NCBI GenBank assembly: GCA_043228905.1
Contig: JBHGNT010000020.1
Coordinates: forward strand, 4,030,001-4,094,000
DNA: 64,000 nt
Direction of reading: 5' to 3'
Origin: Azolla caroliniana
Taxonomy: Eukaryota; Plantae; Polypodiophyta
The position numbers were made by a program, and so were the translations under genes. Every line of letters begins with the position of its first letter. Within the stretch, counting starts at the first letter, position 1. Shown here piece after piece: positions 40,942-53,800 of this stretch. The notes under the pieces are model-generated. The model was not told the origin of the DNA. It was given only the letters and a program-made list of their open reading frames with translations, and did no database searches.

Positions 40942-43883
40942 AGTGTCTCCGTGACACCTTGTGTTAGGCCTTGTCCTGTCAGAGAATAACATTCGTCGTA
41001 AAATTTGGGAGTCTGATTACGACTCCTTTCAATTGCATGTTCTTGAGTTTTTGGAGATTAATGTGGCCGATTCTCTTGTGCCACAGATTTAGGTCGGTTT
41101 CAACTTTAAGGCCTTTGCGAACATGGCTGACTTTACCTCATTCGATTCGAGGATAAACATACGGCCTTCTCGTCGACCGTGGGCTACGACTTGTCTGCCC
41201 CTTTCGATGAAGCCCCTGTCATTGTTGAATTGTACCTGCATTCCTTTTTTGACAATCTGGCCGACTGAAACCAGGTTTTTCGTGATGGTAGGGACATGTA
41301 GTAGTTCTTGAGATAGGTTTGTTTGCCGTTATTTCTGAATGGGACATTCCCGATATGCTGTATTGAATGAGACGTGTCATCGCCTGTCTGGACATATCCG
41401 GGTTGTTCGGGTTTTCGTAATTCCCGAAACCAATCTTCATGAGATGTCATGTGGTTGGATGCTCCCGAGTCAACAAACCATACGTTATTTGAGGCGGAGA
41501 TGCTAGTTGAGGCTTGTGTTGACATCGAGTGTGCTTTGTGCCTCATTACGAACATTCCACCACGGTCGTCATAGTCGGAATTCGTAAACATTTCGCTACG
41601 ATCGTTGTAGTAAGAATTCGATGCGTAGTTTGTGAGCTGTCGACTAGTTGAAGTCGAGTCTCGTACCTTTTTCCGGCACTCCTCTTCATGGTGGCCGTGT
41701 TTTCCACAGTACCTACATTCGATCAGGGTATTACGATTGCTTGGTCCGGCGTGATGACTCCCCCTTCTGCCGAACTCTCTGGGACCGTTCTTGTCTGCTT
41801 GCCATTGGTGGAAGTTACGCTCTTGAGTCTGCAAATCATTACGGCCTTGTTCGAATCGACCTTTATTTCCACAACTAGAATTTCTTCTATCATCCGACTG
41901 GGAGTAGAGCATATGACTCTCTAGTGCGTTGCTCCTTTGTCGGGCGTGATTTTCCTCAACCAACAATATTGATTGGAGATCGAAAAATGAAGGAGGATTC
42001 TCCCTTGCAAGGATGGCCGATCTAATCGAGCCAAATGGGGGTGCTAAGCCGCCGAGGCATATTTGCACTATCTCTTCATCGTCGATTACAACATTAATCG
42101 AACCGAGGGCATCGCACAACTCCTTGATCTTTAAGGTATAGCCTGTGATCGACATGTCCCTTTGTTGCATGTTGTTTAGCTCTAGCCGAAATTGGAGCTT
42201 TCGTGCAGCCGTGTTGGCTGCAAAAATCTTCCTGAGGTTTCCCCAAGCTTCTTTCGGTGTTTTCGAATCTCGAATATAGCCAAGCATATGATCATGAACG
42301 CATGATGCAAGGCAATACAATACACGGCTTGCGGCCTACTCCCAAGTGGGATAGTCGTCGTGCGTTGGGTTGGTTGAGTTTCGTGAGCTCCTTCAATGTA
42401 GCTCCAATAACCTTGTCCGACAAGGTATTGATGCATCTTGTATTCCCAAGATGCGAAGTTCGCTCTGTCAAGCTTCTCGGTAGGAATAATGCTTCCCATT
42501 TGAGTGTTCATTATGTCGATTTCTTCTCTGTTGATGAGTCGGTTCTGTTGATCGTCGACGTGTACCACAACACAATTGAATAGATTCGATTAAACAACCA
42601 CACGCTCTGATACCAGGTAAAGAAAATGATGAGCACGAGTGGCTGAGATGCAGTGAAAGGATTGTGTGTGTCTGTGTATGCGTGTATGCACGTAAGGCAA
42701 AATAGAGAGAGAGAGAGAGAGAGAGACAGAGACAGAGAGAGAGCTTAAGATAGAGATAAAAGACTGTATATTACATTAACCAAAATACTTTCAACAGTAA
42801 CTAAGTTACAAGGGGTTGGTTTAAATACCAACTAAGCTAGGGTAAGTGCCCTATCTACTATTTACAAAATTAGCCTGGTATGTCCATGAGCTAGTGTGAA
42901 ACCTATTACTATGGGAAGTTGAGTGCGACTCTCAAGACGGAGCAAACGGCAGCGGCGGCAGAGTCAAGAAGGACAGAGCCAATCGGAAGAAGGCCAAGAC
43001 CCGGACGTGGTCCGATGTGGTGAAGTTAGGTCACTAATATTTACATTAGTAAAGGGTATGTTCACTAATCTTAAAAAGGGGGCTAATGTGATTGGATAGA
43101 AGGAATGATAGGTGCATGCACTATCATGATTTGAGCAACCAATGAATGGAGACAGACCCTTTTAGAAAGGCACATCTATTCAAGGGGCCTAGGAAAAGGT
43201 ATAAATATGAGGCTTAACTGCCCTCATAAGCACATTACGTCGGAAGGTTGGTGTCTTAGACTCGGTGGTGAGGGCTAGGCTTCCATCTTGACGATCGTGT
43301 TTATCTCTTCCAAGGTATTAGTCATCCTAATATCCGGCCTTATGGGACGTCGGTGGTAGGTTGGCTATGTCTAGATCATAGCTTGGGGGTGGTCGGGTGG
43401 AACGGGTTTTTCTATCCAATCTATTTTCCTTCTTTTACTTTACTTTGGTCTATTGATTAGTAATAGACTCTTAATAGGATGGGGTGTCAAATGAGAGTTG
43501 TTTGGTGGATATTTAACACTTGAATGTTGATAGAAATATAAACACAAAAAAGAAAGTTGGTTTCAAGGCAAATTCGAATATGACGATGGATTCTAGTTTA
43601 AACTAGAATATGCAGTAGTCTCCTCCAACCAACGGGTGCATAGATGCTATCGTGTTCGCAAAGACTAAATTTCGCGTTAGCGAAGACTAAATTACATGAC
43701 CAAATGAATGGATCTTGTCGATATGTATGTCTACTACAACTACCAATACTACTACTACTACTACTCTACATACTACTATCTACTACTATTATGTACTATT
43801 TACTACAAGTATGTAGTGGTGGGCATAATATGTATACATTACATATATGTACATACATATATACCACCAAAAGCCCTAACCTA

Positions 43884-43891
43884 AAACCCTA
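43884..43891 (+). promoter_or_regulatory. Telo-box (AAACCCTA) upstream of the host gene
   Basis: AAACCCTA with neighbouring gccctaacctaa, ~120 bp upstream of ATG 44009; telo-boxes are common in promoters of plant translation-related genes. Confidence 0.5.
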
Positions 43892-44008
43892 GGCCCCAAA
43901 GATTGCTCTGTTTTGGGATAGATATAATAAACCTAAAATATCCTGCCTGATCTTTGGAAGGGAAGGAGAAGAGGAGCGGAGGACACTTTTCTTTCTTGCG
44001 CGTTAACA

Positions 44009-44053
44009 ATGGTGGCTCTGCTGATCGCCTCTTCTAGGCTGATGATCTCTCAG
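44009..44053 (+). CDS. Exon 1 of a putative organellar S1-domain RNA-binding protein
   Basis: aacaATGG context, MVALLIASSRLMISQ, donor CAG|GTACG in phase 0, in frame with the exon at 45128. Confidence 0.6.
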
Positions 44054-45127
44054 GTACGAATACCATGGAAAAGGACCTTCTTCCCCTTTCTCTGCGTCTG
44101 TCTTTTTGCTCCAAATATAAGAAGCATTCGTTAACCATCGTTTTTTGGTGAGAGGAAACGTTATATTGAGCAAATACCAGATGCACGTAATATAGATCAT
44201 CAGCAGAAATACGTACATATATGTCTGCGTATAAATTCTTGGCGATCTATGCTTAGGTTGCTGTGGTTTCGAATAGCTGTTACATCTCTAAGCATAACCT
44301 TTTAAGGTCCACATTGAATGTGCTTTAAATCTTTGTTGGAATCATTGCTTGTCTAGATAGACAGGACGATTGTTGTGGTTTGGTATGTAGGCTAAATTCT
44401 TTGAAAGTTTGCAAAAAGGAACTTCAAACAAATGAAATGCCTAATGTTGTACTAAACTGTAGTTATGATGTTAGTTGTCTGTAAATATTCGTTATATTTG
44501 GAATATTTCTGTTCACTTGCTTATGTCCGGCTGGGGTGTGCTTCATATTTCGTTTTCACCTACTGAAGTGCTTAAATTTGAAACCCATTTCGGGCTTCAT
44601 ATGGAGGCCGAAGTTTAAACTGATTGAATGGTTGCAAAGAAATCTGTGTAATATCTATTATTTTAGGATGATCTCCCTCAATTTGAGACCTCATGATACG
44701 AATGCATGGGTGCTCAGAGGTCATTGAAGTAGCGACCCTGAGTAAAAAGTAGTTTTACTGTTTCTTCTCACTTTTATAATCATTACAGAAATACAGAGTT
44801 GTATGTTTCTTTTACTTTGCTTGATTACTTCAGAGAGACCAGCCTTTTTATGTTCCTGTGGATCACCAGGCTAAATGCAAGAAGCCAGAAGTTTTTAAGA
44901 TTTAGTGGCTCTTAAGTAAATGAGAAGTTTGTAAATACTTCTTTTCGCCCGATTCATGGCCAAGCTCTTATATGTGTGTTTCCTCTCTCACTTCAGCCCA
45001 AGGAGAGACAAGTTAATGTGTGCTTTGTTTGGTCAGAGGACAAGTTTATTGTTCCCTTTTTCCAGTTTCGTAAGCATATTCGGTGAAGATAGTAGGGCAC
45101 ATACTTGACGGTTTAGTGGTGATGCAG

Positions 45128-45403
45128 GTGCTTTCCGGTTTGAGATTGCCATCCTATTCGAAGAGAATGTTCTCTTTTAGCTCAACAACAAATTCCCCCA
45201 TATCTGTCATGAAGGATCTTATCTTGTACAACCATAATGCTCGAGTATCGGTCGGACTCTTTCACTCCAGTTTATTGGCCAGACCAAGTCTCTCACTGCA
45301 TAGAGGGCCAGAAATCAATCCACATGAGAACAGAAGCTTTTCTACAAATGCAAGTCCAGATAATCAAGTGCCTCCTCAGCCACAGCCTTCAAGTACTTTT
45401 GAT
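45128..45403 (+). CDS. Exon 2 (targeting-peptide-like, S/R/L-rich)
   Basis: TGCAG| acceptor, VLSGLRLPSYSKRMFSFSS...RSFSTNAS...STFD, donor GAT|GTATGT in phase 0. Confidence 0.7.
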
Positions 45404-45435
45404 GTATGTACTAAGTTCCCATTTTCGTTTTCAAG

Positions 45436-45720
45436 TGTATACAAATGTGTAAATATATACACATCTACATATGTATAAATATGTATACTTACCTGCATAC
45501 ATATCTACATATTTGAACATATGTATCCTATATATACATATACAATATGAAGATATATATACATGTATACGTGTATATATATTATATAGATACATATAAA
45601 TATAGATATATACATCCATGCAAATGCTCATATTATATACATGGATATACATATCGTTATGCATATGTACATCCATACATATATTTATACACGTCAATAT
45701 GCATTATATAGATATATATT
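45436..45720. repeat. AT-rich (TA/TACA/TATG) low-complexity tract in intron 2
   Basis: Directly visible. Confidence 0.8.
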
Positions 45721-45915
45721 GTTCATTTATTCAAATATTTGTTCTCAGACTTTATTAATATCTATAATAAACACATGTACACACAGATGCTGATCATAAT
45801 ATTGGATTTCGATTTTGGATTATATATCTTGATCACTCTTACAAAAGTTATGGATATTGGAAATGCCATTATAGCCCATTCTGATAGGCAACATGTGAAA
45901 TAAACATTCTGGCAG

Positions 45916-46329
45916 GATGTAGAGCCGGATATGTATCAACAATCATCATCGATAAGAAGGCGGCCATACAATTTGGAGGCTAAGATGCGGATGAAGCAAT
46001 ATCGAAGGGAGGCAATGCAAAGGCAGCGCGCACAAGAGATTGAAGATGAAGAAAGGAACTTTCAGCTTGACTATTCGAAATTGTATAAAAAGGGTGATCC
46101 AGGAACAGTGCAAGGTATTGTAAAAGACATTATTACGGTAGGATACTTCATGAAACTGCCCAATGGCAGAGAAGGATTTTTGCCGTGTTCACAATTTGGT
46201 TGCTCAGGTGGCATTCCTTTGCTGACTCGGATATTTAAGGTCGGTGATGAAATTACTGTGAGAGCAGAAATTGTGGGAGATGGAGGTAAAGATAGGCTTT
46301 ATTGTAGGGATTGCGAAAAATGGGCTTAG
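45916..46329 (+). CDS. Exon 3, S1 RNA-binding (OB-fold) domain
   Basis: GGCAG| acceptor in frame; YKKGDPGTVQGIVKDIITVGYFMKLPNGREGFLPCSQF...FKVGDEITVR matches the S1 consensus; stop TAG. Confidence 0.85.
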   Translation, partial: DVEPDMYQQSSSIRRRPYNLEAKMRMKQYRREAMQRQRAQEIEDEERNFQLDYSKLYKKGDPGTVQGIVKDIITVGYFMKLPNGREGFLPCSQFGCSGGIPLLTRIFKVGDEITVRAEIVGDGGKDRLYCRDCEKWA

Positions 46330-47144
46330 CTTTGTGATAAGGATTGCAGGAAATTAGCTTATATATGGGATGTGTGAAGCTGAGGTGAAGACCATCTTTA
46401 CTGTAATGGTATGCTAGTTAACACTGTTATGCTCATGCAGAGGCAGAAAGCTATTTTTTTGCCATGCTTTTATTTTATGTAAATTTGGTAGGTTATATAT
46501 CATGCTTACTTTTGGGAGACTCACCTAATTTTTGTCATCAATTCTAGTTAGATATTATATTGTCAAACATAACTTTCAGATGCTGCATAATACTGCATGT
46601 TCATTACCAGGTGCTATAAAATACATCTTTTTTGCTTCATGATGAAATCGGTTGGTTACCTGCATTGGTGAAAGATTTTTAAGTTGATCTGTAAAAGAAT
46701 GTATTCATATGAAAGATGACTTTAATACTTAGTCATTGCTATTTTAACTGACTATAGTGTAATATCCTTTAGACAACCTGTGGTAGCAAGAAGGTATTGC
46801 AAACCTTGTTCTGAGGAGAAGTCAGTGTTATACATAAATCAACCTTTTCTTTATATATACTGGAAATGCCAGTGTCTTACTATCCCTACGGCCTCTTTTC
46901 AATATGATTCTGTACCTCTTTTTAGTGATTAAGATAGATAAATCTAAGTATGGGTCTTTTCTTACAATCTCCCATAAACACAGGAAAATCACAAACAAAA
47001 ATTACCAATGATGTTTGTATAAGCAAATAAACCAAACCAAATTTGTCTCTCTTAGGGGTAGACCCTAAAGGCTTAAGAAAAGAGGTGAATTTGTAAAATC
47101 AATGCTCTGGAGATTGCTTAGAAAAAAATTAAGAGGAAGAGAGA

Positions 47145-47871
47145 ATAGATAGATAGATAGATAGATAGATAGATTGTATTATTGTCTTCAGAGGTAAAAA
47201 ATGACCTATGAGACTGAAAAAATTACATTTCATGTGATGTGTGGAAGTGAGTAGCGACTTGAAATGTTCAAGAACTTCACCAATGAATGTTGCAATTGGG
47301 AGTGCACATTGTGGTTGTGAGAAAAATTTGTGCAAGGATTGGGCGTGGTTGAAGATGTGTGGAAAATATGGTTGAATATGGTCAAAAGTAGAGCATTGTA
47401 TCAAAGTGTGATACTTGCACTCTCAGACATGTTTAGGGCAAAGTGTGCATAGTCAACCACTCTCATCACTTGTGCCCTATGCCTCGTCTCACATTGCAAT
47501 GCATGTGAGCTAAGTCGCATGGAAGCAATGGTTCGAATAGAAGCCAATGGAATGGGCTCTAACATGTATCGATGTGTAAGTTTTCCCCGTTTTGCGAAGA
47601 ATATGGTTTTGTAGTTTGGTGCAATGTGTAGTATAATGTATGAAGTGTGAGCCTCAATATTTTTCCCATGTCATGATACATTGGCATTGCAAAATGGCCT
47701 CATTTACAGAGGAATTTAGTGATGTATCATGAAGTAAATGTGTTGCATCCCATCTACCTAACCACTTTTTCATATCTTATATCCAATTAGAACACAAAAT
47801 TTTGCTTTTATGCGTCTTTTGGATCTTTTTGCTTGCTTCACATACGATTCTAGGAAGTTGATGTGAGGGAC
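47145..47871 (-). mobile_element. 5'-truncated LINE with (ATCT)n tail
   Basis: Reverse complement of ~21680-22395; (GATA)n run at 47145-47174 at its 3' end. Confidence 0.8.
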
Positions 47872-50800
47872 TCTTTGTTCCTCATTTGAACACAAAAGAG
47901 ATTAAGGGGAGAATTAAAGGTAGCTAAAATTGATGAAATGTAAATCTTGCAATTTCATCCTCTTTTAGATTTTGCAAATTATAATTATATCTCCTTTCAC
48001 ATTTGTGGACATTGGCTCTCTTAGGCTTTGTCTTGGGCCAAGATAATTGTGTTTTGTTGGTTGGTTAGAGAGTTGCTTGAGGTTGGTGTGTAAAGATTTT
48101 GAATAGTGCAAGGGGGGGGGGATATGTGTCTCTTGGGGTAGGTTGGGGAGGTATAAGTTGACATTATTGGTTGAAAATTGAGAATTTGGATTCATGGTAA
48201 GTTTAAACATTTTCCATTGATTGCATAGGAAGAGTTGCCATTGAGTTGGTTTGTGATTGAGGTCAAACGCTAGACCTCAACAAGGATGATAACATTGTTG
48301 GTACAGTGGTGCTTTAATGTGGGGTCTTTAAGGAGAACACAAAGCAGTTGTAGTATGTGAACAATCTCTTGAATGTTTGGGTTGTGGATATTGATATGAT
48401 GACGATTTAGTCCATTCATCTATTCATTCAGAGAATCACTACTTAGTACTTGAGGTAGAATTCAACATGAGGGTGGGATATGTTCGGCCTACTATGAGGA
48501 GGTCTTTCCATGATGGACCATATCAATCTTTATTTTGAAGTACAAATCTTCGAAAAATGGTAGTGTCCATGTGCAATGGTGGATAATCGTTTTACTTAGC
48601 AACAAGATAGGGTATAAAACTTGTATAGTAAAAGTAAGGATGGGCGGGCATATTCTTAAAGTTATTCCTATTTATCACTCATTAGTGTGTCATGCTACGA
48701 TCTCATATGTGAGTCTCTTCGAAAGTATGTTAGCCTTTAAATGTTTTCGTGAGTTTCTGAACAATTTGTATGCACCTGTTGATTTCTTCTCTTAGGTTGG
48801 CGATCTTTGTATGTTCCTCAATTTTTCCTGCCATCCGTTGGTGAACTTCTTGAGTGGCATTGTAGCAAAGTCGGATTTCTCCATGCCCTTTGTGCAATGT
48901 TTGGAGGGTTTTATTATTTGTCCATAGCAAGTGCAAGAGGTTCTTTTTATGTTTATTGAGTTTAGAGTTCTTGTTGTTTGCTATGACACAAGTTTTATAA
49001 CACCTTCTTGTGGTTTGAATTCTTTAGCCAATGTCAACAATAATTTTATCACTAGGTTTCATTCGATATCTCACTTCTAGGTGATGGTTTTCTTCCACTA
49101 TGGTCTACTATGTGGTCTTCAATGAAGTTCAACGAGATGCCATTAAGGCGTCACTACTATAATCATGTCTTGTTCACTAAGCCTTGCTACTACTTTATTT
49201 GGCTTGTCTCTACAATAATCAATGTAGTCATTACTCAAAGGGTGATCATCAAAGGCTCGAGTATATAGAATGAACTTGCGGGTATGCTTTACATTTTCCC
49301 AGATTTGAGGTTCTCATTCTCATTAGGGGTGATTGATGGTCATGTCAAAACTTGGTATTCCATTCCCTAATTCCCTACATTGGGGTGAATTTCTTTTATA
49401 GGACCGATTGCTTAGAGCTAATGCAACATGTGGTCATTACATGTTTACTCAACTCTCTATTTCAAAAAATGTTGGTGTTCGTGTTGAGAATATCTTGTCC
49501 AAATGGATAGCTAGCTTCTTTTTGTGGTGTATCCTCCATGAATGTTGTGTGATTTGTGCTCTAGAAAGGTTGGACTTGAAGGTGCATTATGTCGCTTGTG
49601 ATTACATGTGTGGATACTTGTTTTGGGATTCTACTTTTTTGTCATTTTGCAATTTTAATTATAAAAAATTATAATGTGCTTACAATATAATCATATGAGG
49701 TGGTGCTATGTTAATGTCTAATTTTGTGCACAAGTATTGACCCATGAACCACATAAAATTTAGGTATAGTTTTCATTTGACCTTGTTTCCTTCCACGTGT
49801 TTGATTACTTGAGCCTCCCAATCCACTAACATCTAGTTCTACAATACAAGCTAGTGCTCAATGTATGTAGTGTAGTTCTATTGGAATTTCCAATAGTTGC
49901 CAACCTTCATTCCCTTTGTATTCCTGAAAGCATCAGGGGATTATGTCGGATAGCTCGCATGTCTTTTGTTTGATTTGAACCGGTGCCCCACTTATTGAAA
50001 GGTGGTAGACTAAGACAAAGGTTGTTGATTGAAAATTCAAAATTTACTGTGGGGTCATTGTAAAGAATCGGGTATGATTCTTGTGTAGCGGAAGAGATGT
50101 GTGTTATGTGTATGTGTGAGAGGAATTAGAGGAGAGATGAGAGAACACTAGATAGATAGACAAGATAAATAAAATACTCAAGAAGAAGGTGTATATTTCA
50201 CAAGTAGAATAAGAATTACAAAATGTAGCATAATAAGGAGTCACAACCAACTTAGTATGAAGTATGAGGAGGGTGCTTTATATAGAGTCACCCTCTCTCT
50301 TCATTAACTTTACAACAACCACTCTCTCTCTCTTGGGGAATGTGAAGACTCATAGTCATGGGGAATATGTAACTCATTAGTTATGTGTCATTAAATATGA
50401 TTCTATGATGTTGAGCGGCAAGCTCAACCGGAGCCGGATCGACTAAATAAGCCTGAGCTGGTAAGCGAGAGGAATCGGTATGCTGCTGAGCAACCGAGCC
50501 GGTAAGCAGTAAGGACCGGTAAGCAAGAGGAGCCGGTATGCCGGATCCAATCCGTGACCAGAAGCCTAGTATAGGTTAGACTACTAGGCAGTTATAGTCT
50601 CGTAGTTAGTGTCAGATGCTCGTGTGAGCATTGAAGTACACCGTACTTCTAACAGTCCTGTGTGGACTTGTATAAATAGCGCTGATGAGCGCGTTGTATG
50701 TACAGAGCACAGAGTATTCATATAATTTTGAAAATTAGTGTCTTGCTCTCTCTCTCTCTCTCCTGCGTACTCTCTCTCTCTCTCTCTCTCTCCTTGTGTA

Positions 50801-53800
50801 TTGTTCTTTCTAACGCTTCCGCAAGCAATCTTTCACATGGTATCAGAGCGTGTGGGTTGAGAACCTCTACTGCAGACATCTACGCTTGTGAAGGAAACCC
50901 TAAAAGATTGGAAAAAAAAAACAGACACAAAAGGAGAAATGGACAGAGGTATGGTTACGTCGCTCCCGGTGGAGAAGCTCGACAAAACCAACTACGCATC
51001 TTGGTCATACAAGATGCACTAGTACCTGCTTGGGCATGGCTACTGAAGTTATGTCGACGGAGTGAACGACTCAACACCGGAGACGACACACAAGGACTTC
51101 CCAGTGTGGGAACAGGCGGCAAGCAGGGTGATGTACTGCTTCGCGTCCAGTGTCGGTGACTAGCTGCTCAACCATATCCGTGACGCCAAGACACCGAAGG
51201 ATGCTTGGGGAAACCTGAAAAAGGTTTTCGCCGCAAGCACCACTGCCCGGAAGCTACAACTCAGACAGGAGTTGAGCAATGTTCGACAGAAGAACATGTC
51301 GGTGGCAGATTACACAGACCGGATCAAAGGGATCAGTGACTCGCTTGCCTCTATTAACGTCACCGTAGACGAAGACGAGATGGTGCAGGTCGGTCTTGGA
51401 GGCCTGGCGTCCAAGTTCGGAGCTTTTCGGACTGCGGTTTGTACAAGGGAGAATACACCCTCATTTTTCAACTTACAGTTGATGCTCCTTGTAGAGGAGA
51501 ACCACGCCGGTGCATCTACCAGTGCATCCCCAGATAGCCGGATGCTGTACATGGGAGCAGATCGGTCCTGCGGGCGTGGTGGACGAGGCAGGTCGGCACG
51601 CAATGGAGGCAGCCGACAAGAGCAGGAACGAAGGCATAGTGAGCATGCCGACAACAGTTCCGGGACTTCCACAAGTAGAGGGAGTCAAGGTGGTGCCGAA
51701 GGCCGGCAAGACAAATCCGCTACGGAATGCTGGTACTGTGGCAAAAAGGGCCACAGGGAAAGCGAGTGCTGGAGAAAGCGTGCCGATTCGGACAAATCCG
51801 GATCCGGCAAGACCGGTAAGGAAGGCCGACAAAGCTCGCACTACGCAAACAGATCGAGAGGATCCAAGAACGGTAAGGGGCCAACCTTGGTGATGAAGCA
51901 CAAGGCAAACTCAATGAAGAAGACCACTTCCAAATCGGAGGAAGTGTGGTACGTTGACTCCGGCGCATCGAACCACATGACGAGCCACAGGGAGTGGTTC
52001 TCCTTTTTGGAGAAGTCGGATCAACCGGGAGTTGTCAAAACCGAAGACGACACTCCCCACCCGATCGTGCACGTCGGAGAAGTCCCTTTGAGCCACATCG
52101 GACAGAGGGGGAAGCTGATGAATGTATTACATGTTCCGACGATCACGAAGAACCTGGTGTCGGTCGGACAGATCGTCGACCAGGGGATGCAGGTGCGGTT
52201 TACGCACCTCGGGTGCTTCATTGAGGATGAGGGCGAAGTTATTGCGCAAGGGCGCAGAGATGGGAGGATGTTTATCCTCAACACCAATGATGTCGGCACC
52301 GCACTGTTTGCCAAAGGACAGAAGGTCGAGTCGGATATCAACTTGTGGCACAAGCGGATCGGCCACGTCAACTACCGGAGGCTTCAAGACCTGCAAACGG
52401 AACAAGTCGTTTTCGGTTTGCCGAAGTTTAGCGGCCGGAGAGCCCAAGTTTGTGAAGCCTGCCAACTCGAGAAGCAACACCGGCTTCCATTCCCCACCGA
52501 AAGAAATCGAAGTCGTAACAAGCTTGATCTTATCCATTCGGATGTGTGGGGACCGACTCAAAATGTTAGCATTGGCGGGAGTCGATTTTTCGTCTCCTTC
52601 ATCGACAACTACACGTGGCCTACGTGGATCTACCTCATTGAGCGGAAGAGCGAAGTCTTCGAGTGTTTCCGGAGCCTCCAAAAGATGGTGGAACGGGAAT
52701 CAGAGAGAATGATCAAATGCCTACAGTCGGATGGCGGAAAAGAGTACTTTTCCGGCCAATTCAATAGCTATCTGCAACAAAAAGGAATTCAACGAGAATT
52801 CAGCTGCAGATACACACCGCAACAGAACGGTGTGGCCGAAAGGAAGAATCGGTCGCTGATTGACGCGGCTAGGGCAATGCTGGAGGAAAAGAGCATGCCC
52901 AAGTTCTACTGGGCGGAGGCGGTCCAGACGGCCGTTTACATCCAGAACCAGATCGGGGACAAGTTGTCAGCTCACGAGCTGTATTTCGGGCGCAAGCCGA
53001 ATTTGAGACACCTTCGGATATTTGGCAACATAGCCTATGTACATGTGCCGGATGAGAAGTGGAGAAAGCTGGATGCAAAATTGGAAAAATGCATCCTAGT
53101 CGGCTATGCTCAAGAGCAAAAGGGGTATAAGTATTATAACCCCTGGACGAAGCAGGTTCGAGTCAGCCGAGATGTCAAGTTTGATGAATCGGCATCGTGG
53201 TATTCCTTACCGACTCCGACTTCCGATCCCGACCCGATGCCGGAGGATGGGGCTAGTGAGCCTGAACCGGCCCAGGTAGAGAAAGATGAAGTCGGGACTC
53301 AAGATGAGAGTCCAGAATCGTTCCGGTTAAGCGGACCGAATGAGAGACTGGATCAGTCCAACTAGTCGGATGATGAGATGACGAGTAGTGGAGACTCTGT
53401 CATGCTCTCCCTGCACAAGGAACCGAGGAGACGGTTCACACGCAAAGAGAAAGGGAAGCAGAAGATGCCGGAATTCGAGACCGACAATAATGAGTCAGAT
53501 CGGTGCGTATCTGACTTCGGCAAGAACATAGGCAGATCTTCGGGAACAAAGACCGAACCGGCCAAGAAGGGTCTCATACCGGGTAACGGTGAGTTACGCC
53601 GGTCCACCCGCCAGAAGGATCCCGTTAAACGGTACGGGTATAACAAGTACATGGCGCATCATTATGCGTACATGACCAAGGTCGCGGAAGTGCGTGAGTC
53701 GAAGAGCTACGCAGAAGCGGCCAAGGACGCAAATTGGCGTGCCGCTATGGAGGAAGAAATGCGGGCACTGGATGCCAACGGAACTTGGGACCTGGTTGAC

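Larger units (their letters stand above)
32522..40991 (+). mobile_element. Non-chromoviral Ty3/gypsy (Phygy/Athila-like) element with an extra 3' ORF
   Basis: 5' LTR 32522-32940, PBS TGGCGACCACGA at 32947 (tRNA-Arg-like), TSD TTCGT, only the last ~50 bp of the 3' LTR retained (40942-40991). Confidence 0.95.
29270..42937 (-). mobile_element. Full-length but degenerate copia family D element
   Basis: LTRs 29270-29597 and 42616-42937, PBS 42604-42615, PPT 29598-29607, TSD CGGAG; gag-PR 41184-42568, INT-RT-RH 29754-32509. Confidence 0.95.
24917..43024 (+). mobile_element. Copia family A copy A2 (internal integrase deletion; split by element D; 3' end lost)
   Basis: LTR 24917-25388, PBS 25389, gag with CWYCGKKGHKESEC, RT, RNase H (NPVFHARTKHIEVHYHF); resumes at 42943 after the TSD. 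Confidence 0.9.
22441..43476 (+). mobile_element. LTR element C (gypsy-type gag, tRNA-iMet PBS), outer shell of a 4-level nest
   Basis: 5' LTR 22441-22915 (TGTTA..TAACA), PBS TGGTATCAGAGC 22917-22928, 3' LTR ~43019-43476 lacking its first ~20 bp, TSD GGATG at 22436-22440 and 43477-43481; gag start at 24585 (FKGDKKERTEEAISTWLGCWESHF). Confidence 0.85.

Noticed and set aside
43590-43810. Helitron or MITE end (TCTAGTTTAAACTAGA palindrome, CTA repeats)
   Set aside because: No matching terminus, subterminal GC hairpin or TSD found.
47880-50050. Possible older LINE or gene remnant on the minus strand
   Set aside because: No motif I could confidently recognise; ORFs are short and interrupted.
53363-53365. 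Conserved TAG between integrase and RT in A3 and A2 (27291)
   Set aside because: A1 has CAG at the homologous codon (~15555); recurrent CHG deamination explains it.
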